A DNA stretch of 64,000 bases from the human T2T-CHM13v2.0 reference genome, Homo sapiens: positions 28,000,001 to 28,064,000 of the forward strand of contig CP086569.2 of the NCBI GenBank assembly GCA_009914755.4, read 5' to 3'. A program made the position numbers and the translations under genes. The notes under the pieces were generated by a model, which did no database searches, was not told the origin of the DNA, and saw nothing but the letters and a program-made list of their open reading frames with translations. Shown one piece after another: positions 43,901-58,656 of the stretch (position 1 is its first letter; every line of letters starts with the position of its first letter).

Positions 43901-44525
43901 GAATGGAATCGAACGGAATGGAATAAAATGGAAGCAAACTGGCAAGAAATGGAATCGAAATGAATGGAGTGTTATGGAACGGACTCAAAAGGAATTGAAT
44001 GTAATAGAATGGAGTGGAGTGGACTCGAATATAATGGACTGGAATGGAATGAAATCACATGGAATGGGAACGAATGGAATGGAATGGAAAGGAATGGAAT
44101 CGAATGGAAAGGAATCGAATGGAAGGGAATGAAATTGAATCAACAGGAATGGAAGGGAATAGAATAGACGGTAATGGAATGGACTCGAATAGAATGGACA
44201 CGAATGCTCAAATTGAATGGACTCGAATGGAATGGAAACGAAAGGAATGTCATCGAATGGAATTGAATCGATTGGAATGAAATCGCATAGAATGGAGTGG
44301 AATCAAATGGAATTGAATCGAAAGGAAAGGAAGCGAATGGACTGAAATGAAATGGAATGGAATTGAATGGAAAGTAAAGCAATGGAATAGAATGGAACGA
44401 AATTTCACGGAATGGAATCAAACTGAATGGAATCAAATCAATGGAATATAATCAAATGGAATGGAAAGGAATTGAATGGAGTAGATGGGATTGGATGGGA
44501 TTGGAATGAAATGTACTGGAAAGGA
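40992..44525 (+). repeat. HOR unit 13, 3534 bp (short variant).
   Basis: Landmark spacing is 3534 bp. Confidence 0.9.
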
Positions 44526-47500
44526 CTCGAATTTCATGAAACGGAATGGAATGAATTGGAACGGAATGGACTCGAATGGAATGGAATGTCATGGAATGGC
44601 ATCAAATGGAATGGCATCAAATGGAATGGAATCGAATGCAATGGAATGCTATGGAATGGAATGGAATGCATTGGAATGGAATGTCCTCTAATGGAATGGA
44701 TTCGAGTGGAATGGAATCGAATATAATGGAGTCGAATGAAATGGAATTGAAAGGAATGGGATCGAATACAATGGAATATACTGGAATGTAATGTAATGAA
44801 CTCGAATGTAATTGACTGGAATGGAATGTACATGAATGGAATGTAATCGAATGGAAAGTAATCCAATGGAATAGAATCTAATGCAATAAAATCGACTCAG
44901 ATAGAGTAGAATGTAATGGAATGGAGTGCAGTGCAATGGAATGGAATGGAATGGAATGCAATGGAATGGAATGGAATGGGATGGAATGGTATGGAATGGA
45001 TAGTAATGGACTGGAGTGAAATGGACTGGAAAGGAATGGACTCAAATTGAAAGGGCTCGAAAGGAATGGAGTCAAATGGAATGGTCTGGAATGGAATGAA
45101 CACGAATGTAATGCAATCCAATAGAATGGAATCGAATGGCATGGAATATAAAGAAATGGAATCGAAGAGAATGGAAACAAACGGAATGGAATTGAATGGA
45201 ATGGAATTGAATGGAATGGGAACGAATGGAGTGAAATTGTATGCAGTAGAAGAGAATAGAATGGAATGCAAGCGAAAGGAAAGGAATGGATTGGAATGGA
45301 ATGGAATTCATGGGAATGGAAGGGAATGTAGTGTAATGGACAGGCCTGGAATAAAGTGGAATGCTACGGTCTCGAATGGAATAAAAATGTATGGAATGGA
45401 ATGCAAAGAAACGGAATCGAATGTCATAGAATGTAATGGAATGCAAAAAAATGGACTCCAAAATCATTGACTGGAAAGGCTGGGTGTCGAAAGGAATTGA
45501 CTCCAATGGAATGGAATCGAATGGAATGGAAGTGAATAGAATCGAACTAAATCGAATGGAATGGAATTGATAGGAACGGAATGGAAAGGAATGAAATGAT
45601 TTGGCATGGAATGGAATCGAATGGCATCGAATGGAATGGAATGGAATGCAATGCAATGGAATGTATTAGAATGTAATGAACTTTAATGGAATGTACTCGA
45701 ATGGATTCGACTGGAATGGAATGTTCTGGAAGTGAATGGACTCCAATGGAATGGATTGAAAAGGAATGGAATCGTACGGAATGGAATCTAATGGAATGGA
45801 ATTAAATGGAAATGAATGAAATTGAATAGCACGGAATTGAATTGAATGGAATCGAATGCAATGGAATCTAATGAAACGGAAAGGAAAGGAATGGAATGGA
45901 AAGGAATGGGCTGGAATGGAAAGGAATCGAAACGAATGGAATGGAATCGAACTGAGGAGACTGGAATGGAATGCACTTCAACGGAAGGGAGTGTAATGGA
46001 AGGTTCTCGAAAAAAATGGAATCGAATGGAATGGAATTGAATGGAACGGAATAGAGTCGAATGGAATTGAATGGAATGGAATGGACTAGAGTGAAATGGA
46101 ATCGAACCACAAGGAATGGACAGGAATAGAATGGTCTCGAATTGAATGGAATCGTATGGAATGGCATCAAACGGAATGGAATGGACAGCCACGGAATGGA
46201 ATGCACTCGAATGCAATGGAGTCGAAACTAATGGACTGGAATAGAATGGACTCGACTGGTACGGACTCCAATGGAATGGAATCGAATGGAAGGGATTCGA
46301 ACGGAATGGACTCGAAGGGAAAAGACTGCAATGGAAAGGTCTCGAATGGAATGGAAATTAATGGAATGGAATGGAATCGAATGAAATGGAGTCAAAAGGA
46401 ATGGAATCGAATGGCAAGAAATCGAATGTAATGGAATCGCAAGGAATTGATGTGAACGGAACGGAATGGAATGGAATCCAAAGAAATGGAATAGAATGGA
46501 ATGGAATCGAATGGAAAGAACTCGAATGGAAATCACTCGAATAGAATGCAATTTAATAAAATAGGATGAAATGTAACGGAATGGAATGGAAAGGAATCGA
46601 AACGAAAGGAATGGAGACAGATGGAATGGAATGGAACAGAGAGCAATGGTATAGAATGGAATGGAATCATCTGGAATGGAATTGAATGGAATGGAATAAT
46701 ATGAAATGGAATGGAATGGAATGGAATGCCCTTGAATTAAATGGACTGGAATGGAATGGACTCGAACAGAGTGGAATGGAAAGTGTTGAGATAGAATGGA
46801 ATGGACTCCTTTGGAATGGTCTAGTATGCAATGCAATGGACTGGCAGGGAATCAAAAGGAATGTAATCGAATGGATTGGACTGGAATGCAATGGACTCGA
46901 ATAGATTGGAAACGGAATGCAAAGGAATGGAATGGAATAGTATGGAATGGAATGGAAAGGAATGGAGTGGAATAGACTAGAGTGGAATGGAATGGACTCG
47001 AAAGCAATGGACTGGAATGGAACTTTCTTGAATGGACTGGAATCAAACGGAATGGAATGCAATGCAATCAAATGGCATGGAATAAAATAGAATGAAAGAG
47101 AATCAAATGGAATTGAATCGAATGGAATCGAATGGATTGGAAAGGAATAGAATGGAATGGAATGGAATTGACTCAAATGGAATGGACTAGAATGGAATGG
47201 ATTCGAATGGAAGGCAAAGGAATGGAATCTATCGGAATGGACAGCAATGGAATGGAAAGGAAGGGATTGGAATGGACTCGAATGGAATGGACTGCAATAG
47301 AAAGGATTCGAATGGAATGAAAAAGAATTGAATGGAATAGAACAGAATGGAATCAAATCGAATGAAATGGAATGGAATAGAAAGGAATGGAATGAAATGG
47401 AATGGAAAGGATTCGAATGGAATGCAATCGAATGGAATGGAATCGAACGGAATGGAATAAAATGGAAGCAAACTGGCAAGAAATGGAATCGAAATGAATG

Positions 47501-48059
47501 GAGTGTTATGGAACGGACTCCAAAGGAATTGAATGTAATAGAATGGAGTGGAGTGGACTCGAATATAATGGACTGGAATGGAATGAAATCACATGGAATG
47601 GGAACGAATGGAATGGAATGGAAAGGAATGGAATCGAATGGAAAGGAATCGAATGGAAGGGAATGAAATTGAATCAACAGGAATGGAAGGGAATAGAATA
47701 GACGGTAATGGAATGGACTCGAATAGAATGGACACGAATGCTCAAATTGAATGGACTCGAATGGAATGGAAACGAAAGGAAAGTCAACAAATGGAATTGA
47801 ATCGATTGGAATGAAATCGCATAGAATGGAGTGGAATCAAATGGAATTGAATCGAAAGGAAAGGAAGCGAATGGACTGAAATGAAATGGAATGGAATTGA
47901 ATGGAAAGTAAAGCAATGGAATAGAATGGAACGAAATTTCACGGAATGGAATCAAACTGAATGGAATCAAATCAATGGAATATAATCAAATGGAATGGAA
48001 AGGAATTGAATGGAGTAGATGGGATTGGATGGGATTGGAATGAAATGTACTGGAAAGGA
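44526..48059 (+). repeat. HOR unit 14, 3534 bp (short variant).
   Basis: Landmark spacing is 3534 bp. Confidence 0.9.
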
Positions 48060-51000
48060 CTCGAATTTCATGAAACGGAATGGAATGAATTGGAACGGAA
48101 TGGACTCGAATGGAATGGAATGTCATGGAATGGCATCAAATGGAATGGAATCGAATGCAATGGAATGCTATGGAATGGAATGGAATGCATTGGAATGGAA
48201 TGTCCTCTAATGGAATGGATTCGAGTGGAATGGAATCGAATATAATGGAGTCGAATGAAATGGAATTGAAAGGAATGGGATCGAATACAATGGAATATAC
48301 TGGAATGTAATGTAATGAACTCGAATGTAATTGACTGGAATGGAATGTACATGAATGGAATGTAATCGAATGGAAAGTAATCCAATGGAATAGAATCTAA
48401 TGCAATAAAATCGACTCAGATAGAGTAGAATGTAATGGAATGGAGTGCAGTGCAATGGAATGGAATGGAATGGAATGCAATGGAATGGAATGGAATGGAA
48501 TGGAATGGGATGGAATGGTATGGAATGGATAGTAATGGACTGGAGTGAAATGGACTGGAAAGGAATGGACTCAAATTGAAAGGGCTCGAAAGGAATGGAG
48601 TCAATTGGAATGGTCTGGAATGGAATGAACACGAATGTAATGCAATCCAATAGAATGGAATCGAATGGCATGGAATATAAAGAAATGGAATCGAAGAGAA
48701 TGGAAACAAATGGAATGGAATTGAATGGAATGGAATTGAATGGAATGGGAACGAATGGAGTGAAATTGTATGCAGTAGAAGAGAATAGAATGGAATGCAA
48801 GCGAAAGGAAAGGAATGGATTGGAATGGAATGGAATTCATTGGAATGGAAGGGAATGTAGTGTAATGGACAGGCCTGGAATAAAGTGGAATGCTACGGTC
48901 TCGAATGGAATAAAAATGTATGGAATGGAATGCAATGAAACGGAATCGAATGTCATAGAATGTAATGGAATGCAAAAAAATGGACTCCAAAATCATTGAC
49001 TGGAAAGGCTGGGTGTCGAAAGGAATTGACTCCAATGGAATGGAATCGAATGGAATGGAAGTGAATAGAATCGAACTAAATCGAATGGAATGGAATTGAT
49101 AGGAACGGAATGGAAAGGAATGAAATGATTTGGCATGGAATGGAATCGAATGGCATCGAATGGAATGGAATGGAATGCAATGCAATGGAATGTATTAGAA
49201 TGTAATGAACTTTAATGGAATGTACTCGAATGGATTCGACTGGAATGGAATGTTCTGGAAGTGAATGGACTCCAATGGAATGGATTCAAAAGGAATGGAA
49301 TCGTACGGAATGGAATCTAATGGAATGGAATTAAATGGAAATGAATGAAATTGAATAGCACGGAATTGAATTGAATGGAATCGAATGCAATGGAATCTAA
49401 TGAAACGGAAAGGAAAGGAATGGAATGGAATGGAATGGGCTGGAATGGAAAGGAATCGAAACGAATGGAATGGAATCGAACTGAAGAGACTGGAATGGAA
49501 TGCACTGGAATGGAAGGGAGTGTAATGGAAGGTTCTCGAAAAAAATGGAATCGAATGGAATGGAATTGAATGGAACGGAATAGAGTCGAATGGAATTGAA
49601 TGGAATGGAATGGACTAGAGTGAAATGGAATCGAACCACAAGGAATGGACAGGAATAGAATGGTCTCGAATTGAATGGAATCGTATGGAATGGCATCAAA
49701 CGGAATGGAATGGACAGCCACGGAATGGAATGCACTCGAATGCAATGGAGTCGAAACTAATGGACTGGAATAGAATGGACTCGACTGGTACGGACTCCAA
49801 TGGAATGGAATCGAATGGAAGGGAATCGAACGGAATGGACTCGAAGGGAAAAGATTGCAATGGAAAGGTCTCGAATGGAATGGAAATTAATGGAATGGAA
49901 TGGAATCGAATGAAATGGAGTCAAAAGGAATGGAATCGAATGGCAAGAAATCGAATGTAATGGAATCGCAAGGAATTGATGTGAACGGAACGGAATGGAA
50001 TGGAATCCAAAGAAATGGAATAGAATGGAATGGAATCGAATGGAAAGAACTCGAATGGAAATCACTCGAATAGAATGCAATTTAATAAAATAGGATGAAA
50101 TGTAATGGAATGGAATGGAAAGGAATCGAAACGAAAGGAATGGAGACAGATGGAATGGAATGGAACAGAGAGCAATGGTATAGAATGGAATGGAATCATC
50201 TGGAATGGAATTGAATGGAATGGAATAATATGAAATGGAATGGAATGGAATGGAATGCCCTTGAATTAAATGGACTGGAATGGAATGGACTCGAACAGAG
50301 TGGAATGGAAAGTGTTGAGATAGAATGGAATGGACTCCTTTGGAATGGTCTAGTATGCAATGCAATGGACTGGCAGGGAATCAAAAGGAATGTAATCGAA
50401 TGGATTGGACTGGAATGCAATGGACTCGAATAGATTGGAAACGGAATGCAAAGGAATGGAATGGAATAGTATGGAATGGAATGGAAAGGAATGGAGTGGA
50501 ATAGACTAGAGTGGAATGGAATGGACTCGAAAGCAATGGACTGGAATGGAACTTTCTTGAATGGACTGGAATCAAACGGAATGGAATGCAATGCAATCAA
50601 ATGGCATGGAATAAAATAGAATGAAAGAGAATCAAATGGAATTGAATCGAATGGAATCGAATGGATTGGAAAGGAATAGAATGGAATGGAATGGAATTGA
50701 CTCAAATGGAATGGACTACAATGGAATGGATTCGAATGGAAGGCAAAGGAATGGAATCTATCGGAATGGACAGCAATGGAATGGAAAGGAAGGGATTGGA
50801 ATGGACTCGAATGGAATGGACTGCAATAGAAAGGATTCGAATGGAATGAAAAAGAATTGAATGGAATAGAACAGAATGGAATCAAATCGAATGAAATGGA
50901 ATGGAATAGAAAGGAATGGAATGAAATGGAATGGAAAGGATTCGAATGGAATGCAATCGAATGGAATGGAATCGAACGGAATGGAATAAAATGGAAGCAA

Positions 51001-51588
51001 ACTGGCAAGAAATGGAATCGAAATGAATGGATTGTTATGGAACGGACTCCAAAGGAATTGAATGTAATAGAATGGAGTGGAGTGGACTCGAATATAATGG
51101 ACTGGAATGGAATGAAATCACATGGAATGGGAACGAATGGAATGGAATGGAAAGGAATGGAATCGAATGGAAAGGAATCGAATGGAAGGGAATGAAATTG
51201 AATCAACAGGAATGGAAGGGAATAGAATAGACGGTAATGGAATGGACTCGAATAGAATGGACACGAATGCTCAAATTGAATGGACTCGAATGGAATGGAA
51301 ACGAAAGGAATGTCATCGAATGGAATTGAATCGATTGGAATGAAATCGCATAGAATGGAGTGGAATCAAATGGAATTGAATCGAAAGGAAAGGAAGCGAA
51401 TGGACTGAAATGAAATGGAATGGAATTGAATGGAAAGTAAAGCAATGGAATAGAATGGAACGAAATTTCACGGAATGGAATCAAACTGAATGGAATCAAA
51501 TCAATGGAATATAATCAAATGGAATGGAAAGGAATTGAATGGAGTAGATGGGATTGGATGGGATTGGAATGAAATGTACTGGAAAGGA
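48060..51588 (+). repeat. HOR unit 15, 3529 bp (short variant with a 15-bp deletion and a 10-bp expansion).
   Basis: It has one copy rather than two of 'ggcatcaaatggaat' at about 48125-48140. It has two extra ggaat pentamers at about 48470-48500. Confidence 0.9.
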
Positions 51589-54500
51589 CTCGAATTTCAT
51601 GAAACGGAATGGAATGAATTGGAACGGAATGGACTCGAATGGAATGGAATGTCATGGAATGGCATCAAATGGAATGGCATCAAATGGAATGGAATCGAAT
51701 GCAATGGAATGCTATGGAATGGAATGGAATGCATTGGAATGGAATGTCCTCTAATGGAATGGATTCGAGTGGAATGGAATCGAATATAATGGAGTCGAAT
51801 GAAATGGAATTGAAAGGAATGGGATCGAATACAATGGAATATACTGGAATGTAATGTAATGAACTCGAATGTAATTGACTGGAATGGAATGTACATGAAT
51901 GGAATGTAATCGAATGGAAAGTAATCCAATGGAATAGAATCTAATGCAATAAAATCGACTCAGATAGAGTAGAATGTAATGGAATGGAGTGCAGTGCAAT
52001 GGAATGGAATGGAATGGAATGCAATGGAATGGAATGGAATGGGATGGAATGGTATGGAATGGATAGTAATGGACTGGAGTGAAATGGACTGGAAAGGAAT
52101 GGACTCAAATTGAAAGGGCTCGAAAGGAATGGAGTCAAATGGAATGGTCTGGAATGGAATGAACACGAATGTAATGCAATCCAATAGAATGGAATCGAAT
52201 GGCATGGAATATAAAGAAATGGAATCGAAGAGAATGGAAACAAACGGAATGGAATTGAATGGAATGGAATTGAATGGAATGGGAACGAATGGAGTGAAAT
52301 TGTATGCAGTAGAAGAGAATAGAATGGAATGCAAGCGAAAGGAAAGGAATGGATTGGAATGGAATGGAATTCATGGGAATGGAAGGGAATGTAGTGTAAT
52401 GGACAGGCCTGGAATAAAGTGGAATGCTACGGTCTCGAATGGAATAAAAATGTATGGAATGGAATGCAAAGAAACGGAATCGAATGTCATAGAATGTAAT
52501 GGAATGCAAAAAAATGGACTCCAAAATCATTGACTGGAAAGGCTGGGTGTCGAAAGGAATTGACTCCAATGGAATGGAATCGAATGGAATGGAAGTGAAT
52601 AGAATCGAACTAAATCGAATGGAATGGAATTGATAGGAACGGAATGGAAAGGAATGAAATGATTTGGCATGGAATGGAATCGAATGGCATCGAATGGAAT
52701 GGAATGGAATGGAATGCAATGGAATGTATTAGAATGTAATGAACTTTAATGGAATGTACTCGAATGGATTCGACTAGAATGGAATGTTCTGGAAGTGAAT
52801 GGACTCCAATGGAATGGATTGAAAAGGAATGGAATCGTACGGAATGGAATCTAATGGAATGGAATTAAATGGAAATGAATGAAATTGAATAGCACGGAAT
52901 TGAATTGAATGGAATCGAATGCAATGGAATCTAATGAAACGGAAAGGAAAGGAATGGAATGGAATGGAATGGGCTGGAATGGAAAGGAATCGAAACGAAT
53001 GGAATGGAATCGAACTGAAGAGACTGGAATGGAATGCACTGGAATGGAAGGGAGTGTAATGGAAGGTTCTCGAAAAAAATGGAATCGAATGGAATGGAAT
53101 TGAATGGAACGGAATAGAGTCGAATGGAATTGAATGGAATGGAATGGACTAGAGTGAAATGGAATCGAACCACAAGGAATGGACAGGAATAGAATGGTCT
53201 CGAATTGAATGGAATCGTATGGAATGGCATCAAACGGAATGGAATGGACAGCCACGGAATGGAATGCACTCGAATGCAATGGAGTCGAAACTAATGGACT
53301 GGAATAGAATGGACTCGACTGGTACGGACTCCAATGGAATGGAATCGAATGGAAGGGAATCGAACGGAATGGACTCGAAGGGAAAAGACTGCAATGGAAA
53401 GGTCTCGAATGGAATGGAAATTAATGGAATGGAATGGAATCGAATGAAATGGAGTCAAAAGGAATGGAATCGAATGGCAAGAAATCGAATGTAATGGAAT
53501 CGCAAGGAATTGATGTGAACGGAACGGAATGGAATGGAATCCAAAGAAATGGAATAGAATGGAATGGAATCGAATGGAAAGAACTCGAATGGAAATCACT
53601 CGAATAGAATGCAATTTAATAAAATAGGATGAAATGTAACGGAATGGAATGGAAAGGAATCGAAACGAAAGGAATGGAGACAGATGGAATGGAATGGAAC
53701 AGAGAGCAATGGTATAGAATGGAATGGAATCATCTGGAATGGAATTGAATGGAATGGAATAATATGAAATGGAATGGAATGGAATGGAATGCCCTTGAAT
53801 TAAATGGACTGGAATGGAATGGACTCGAACAGAGTGGAATGGAAAGTGTTGAGATAGAATGGAATGGACTCCTTTGGAATGGTCTAGTATGCAATGCAAT
53901 GGACTGGCAGGGAATCAAAAGGAATGTAATCGAATGGATTGGACTGGAATGCAATGGACTCGAATAGATTGGAAACGGAATGCAAAGGAATGGAATGGAA
54001 TAGTATGGAATGGAATGGAAAGGAATGGAGTGGAATAGACTAGAGTGGAATGGAATGGACTCGAAAGCAATGGACTGGAATGGAACTTTCTTGAATGGAC
54101 TGGAATCAAACGGAATGGAATGCAATGCAATCAAATGGCATGGAATAAAATAGAATGAAAGAGAATCAAATGGAATTGAATCGAATGCAATCGAATGGAT
54201 TGGAAAGGAATAGAATGGAATGGAATGGAATTGACTCAAATGGAATGGACTAGAATGGAATGGATTCGAATGGAAGGCAAAGGAATGGAATCTATCGGAA
54301 TGGACAGCAATGGAATGGAAAGGAAGGGATTGGAATGGACTCGAATGGAATGGACTGCAATAGAAAGGATTCGAATGGAATGAAAAAGAATTGAATGGAA
54401 TAGAACAGAATGGAATCAAATCGAATGAAATGGAATGGAATAGAAAGGAATGGAATGAAATGGAATGGAAAGGATTCGAATGGAATGCAATCGAATGGAA

Positions 54501-56367
54501 TGGAATCGAACGGAATGGAATAAAATGGAAGAAAACTGGCAAGAAATGGAATCGAAATGAATGGAGTGTTATGGAACGGACTCCAAAGGAATTGAATGTA
54601 ATAGAATGGAGTGGAGTGGACTCGAATATAATGGACTGGAATGGAATGAAATCACATGGAATGGGAACGAATGGAATGGAATGGAAAGGAATGGAATCGA
54701 ATGGAAAGGAATCGAATGGAAGGGAATGAAATTGAATCAACAGGAATGGAAGGGAATAGAATAGACGGTAATGGAATGGACTCGAATAGAATGGACACGA
54801 ATGCTCAAATTGAATGGACTCGAATGGAATGGAAACGAAAGGAATGTCATGGAATGGAATTGAATCGATTGGAATGAAATGGCATAGAATGGAGTGGAAT
54901 CAAATGGAATTGAATCGAAAGGAAAGGAAGCGAATGGACTGAAATGAAATGGAATGGAATTGAATGGAAAGTAAAGCAATGGAATAGAATGGAACGAAAT
55001 TTCACGGAATGGAATCAAACTGAATGGAATCAAATCAATGGAATATAATCAAATGGAATGGAAAGGAATTGAATGGAGTAGATGGGATTGGATGGGATTG
55101 GAATGAAATGTACTGGAAAGGACTCGAATTTCATGAAACGGAATGGAATGAATTGGAACGGAATGGACTCGAATGGAATGGAATGTCATGGAATGGCATC
55201 AAATGGAATAGCATCAAATGGAATGGAATCGAATGCAATGGAATGCTATGGAATGGAATGGAATGCATTGGAATGGAATGTCCTCTAATGGAATGGATTC
55301 GAGTGGAATGGAATCGAATATAATGGAGTCGAATGAAATGGAATTGAAAGGAATGGGATCGAATACAATGGAATATACTGGAATGTAATGTAATGAACTC
55401 GAATGTAATTGACTGGAATGGAATGTACATGAATGGAATGTAATCGAATGGAAAGTAATCCAATGGAATAGAATCTAATGCAATAAAATCGACTCAGATA
55501 GAGTAGAATGTAATGGAATGGAGTGCAGTGCAATGGAATGGAATGGAATGGAATGCAATGGAATGGAATGGAATGGGATGGAATGGTATGGAATGGATAG
55601 TAATGGACTGGAGTGAAATGGACTGGAAAGGAATGGACTCAAATTGAAAGGGCTCGAAAGGAATGGAGTCAAATGGAATGGTCTGGAATGGAATGAACAC
55701 GAATGTAATGCAATCCAATAGAATGGAATCGAATGGCATGGAATATAAAGAAATGGAATCGAAGAGAATGGAAACAAACGGAATGGAATTGAATGGAATG
55801 GAATTGAATGGAATGGGAACGAATGGAGTGAAATTGTATGCAGTAGAAGAGAATAGAATGGAATGCAAGCGAAAGGAAAGGAATGGATTGGAATGGAATG
55901 GAATTCATGAGAATGGAAGGGAATGTAGTTTAATGGACAGGCCTGGAATAAAGTGGAATGCTACGGTCTCGAATGGAATAAAAATGTATGGAATGGAATG
56001 CAAAGAAACGGAATCGAATGTCATAGAATGTAATGGAATGCAAAAAAATGGACTCCAAAATCATTGACTGGAAAGGCTGGGTGTCGAAAGGAATTGACTC
56101 CAATGGAATGGAATCGAATGGAATGGAAGTGAATAGAATCGAACTAAATCGAATGGAATGGAATTGATAGGAACGGAATGGAAAGGAATGAAATGATTTG
56201 GCATGGAATGGAATCGAATGGCATCGAATGGAATGGAATGGAATGCAATGCAATGGAATGTATTAGAATGTAATGAACTTTAATGGAATGTACTCGAATG
56301 GATTCGACTGGAATGGAATGTTCTGGAAGTGAATGGACTCCAATGGAATGGATTCAAAAGGAATGGA
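49300..56367 (+). repeat. Copy A of a 7068-bp two-unit super-repeat. Boundaries are approximate.
   Basis: Unit-specific variant patterns across about 49.3-56.4 kb recur at +7068 bp in about 56.4-63.4 kb. These include 'IHENGRECSLMDRPG' against 'IHGNG', 'KKTGKKW', 'EWIVMERT', 'ECHGMELNRLE', 'HLMLFH', 'AIFSL' and 'HCSPFH'. Translated ORF pairs at 7068-bp spacing match. Confidence 0.75.
51589..55122 (+). repeat. HOR unit 16, 3534 bp (short variant).
   Basis: Landmark spacing is 3534 bp. Confidence 0.9.
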
Positions 56368-58656
56368 ATCGTACGGAATGGAATCTAATGGAATGGAATT
56401 AAATGGAAATGAATGAAATTGAATAGCACGGAATTGAATTGAATGGAATCGAATGCAATGGAATCTAATGAAACGGAAAGGAAAGGAATGGAATGGAATG
56501 GAATGGGCTGGAATGGAAAGGAATCGAAACGAATGGAATGGAATCGAACTGAAGAGACTGGAATGGAATGCACTGGAATGGAAGGGAGTGTAATGGAAGG
56601 TTCTCGAAAAAAATGGAATCGAATGGAATGGAATTGAATGGAACGGAATAGAGTCGAATGGAATTGAATGGAATGGAATGGACTAGAGTGAAATGGAATC
56701 GAACCACAAGGAATGGACAGGAATAGAATGGTCTCGAATTGAATGGAATCGTATGGAATGGCATCAAACGGAATGGAATGGACAGCCACGGAATGGAATG
56801 CACTCGAATGCAATGGAGTCGAAACTAATGGACTGGAATAGAATGGACTCGACTGGTACGGACTCCAATGGAATGGAATCGAATGGAAGGGAATCGAACG
56901 GAATGGACTCGAAGGGAAAAGATTGCAATGGAAAGGTCTCGAATGGAATGGAAATTAATGGAATGGAATGGAATCGAATGAAATGGAGTCAAAAGGAATG
57001 GAATCGAATGGCAAGAAATCGAATGTAATGGAATCGCAAGGAATTGATGTGAACGGAACGGAATGGAATGGAATCCAAAGAAATGGAATAGAATGGAATG
57101 GAATCGAATGGAAAGAACTCGAATGGAAATCACTCGAATAGAATGCAATTTAATAAAATAGGATGAAATGTAATGGAATGGAATGGAAAGGAATCGAAAT
57201 GAAAGGAATGGAGACAGATGGAATGGAATGGAACAGAGAGCAATGGTATAGAATGGAATGGAATCATCTGGAATGGAATTGAATGGAATGGAATAATATG
57301 AAATGGAATGGAATGGAATGGAATGCCCTTGAATTAAATGGACTGGAATGGAATGGACTCGAACAGAGTGGAATGGAAAGTGTTGAGATAGAATGGAATG
57401 GACTCCTTTGGAATGGTCTAGTATGCAATGCAATGGACTGGCAGGGAATCAAAAGGAATGTAATCGAATGGATTGGACTGGAATGCAATGGACTCGAATA
57501 GATTGGAAACGGAATGCAAAGGAATGGAATGGAATAGTATGGAATGGAATGGAAAGGAATGGAGTGGAATAGACTAGAGTGGAATGGAATGGACTCGAAA
57601 GCAATGGACTGGAATGGAACTTTCTTGAATGGACTGGAATCAAACGGAATGGAATGCAATGCAATCAAATGGCATGGAATAAAATAGAATGAAAGAGAAT
57701 CAAATGGAATTGAATCGAATGGAATCGAATGGATTGGAAAGGAATAGAATGGAATGGAATGGAATTGACTCAAATGGAATGGACTACAATGGAATGGATT
57801 CGAATGGAAGGCAAAGGAATGGAATCTATCGGAATGGACAGCAATGGAATGGAAAGGAAGGGATTGGAATGGACTCGAATGGAATGGACTGCAATAGAAA
57901 GGATTCGAATGGAATGAAAAAGAATTGAATGGAATAGAACAGAATGGAATCAAATCGAATGAAATGGAATGGAATAGAAAGGAATGGAATGAAATGGAAT
58001 GGAAAGGATTCGAATGGAATGCAATCGAATGGAATGGAATCGAACGGAATGGAATAAAATGGAAGCAAACTGGCAAGAAATGGAATCGAAATGAATGGAT
58101 TGTTATGGAACGGACTCCAAAGGAATTGAATGTAATAGAATGGAGTGGAGTGGACTCGAATATAATGGACTGGAATGGAATGAAATCACATGGAATGGGA
58201 ACGAATGGAATGGAATGGAAAGGAATGGAATCGAATGGAAAGGAATCGAATGGAAGGGAATGAAATTGAATCAACAGGAATGGAAGGGAATAGAATAGAC
58301 GGTAATGGAATGGACTCGAATAGAATGGACACGAATGCTCAAATTGAATGGACTCGAATGGAATGGAAACGAAAGGAATGTCATCGAATGGAATTGAATC
58401 GATTGGAATGAAATCGCATAGAATGGAGTGGAATCAAATGGAATTGAATCGAAAGGAAAGGAAGCGAATGGACTGAAATGAAATGGAATGGAATTGAATG
58501 GAAAGTAAAGCAATGGAATAGAATGGAACGAAATTTCACGGAATGGAATCAAACTGAATGGAATCAAATCAATGGAATATAATCAAATGGAATGGAAAGG
58601 AATTGAATGGAGTAGATGGGATTGGATGGGATTGGAATGAAATGTACTGGAAAGGA
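55123..58656 (+). repeat. HOR unit 17, 3534 bp (short variant).
   Basis: Landmark spacing is 3534 bp. Confidence 0.9.
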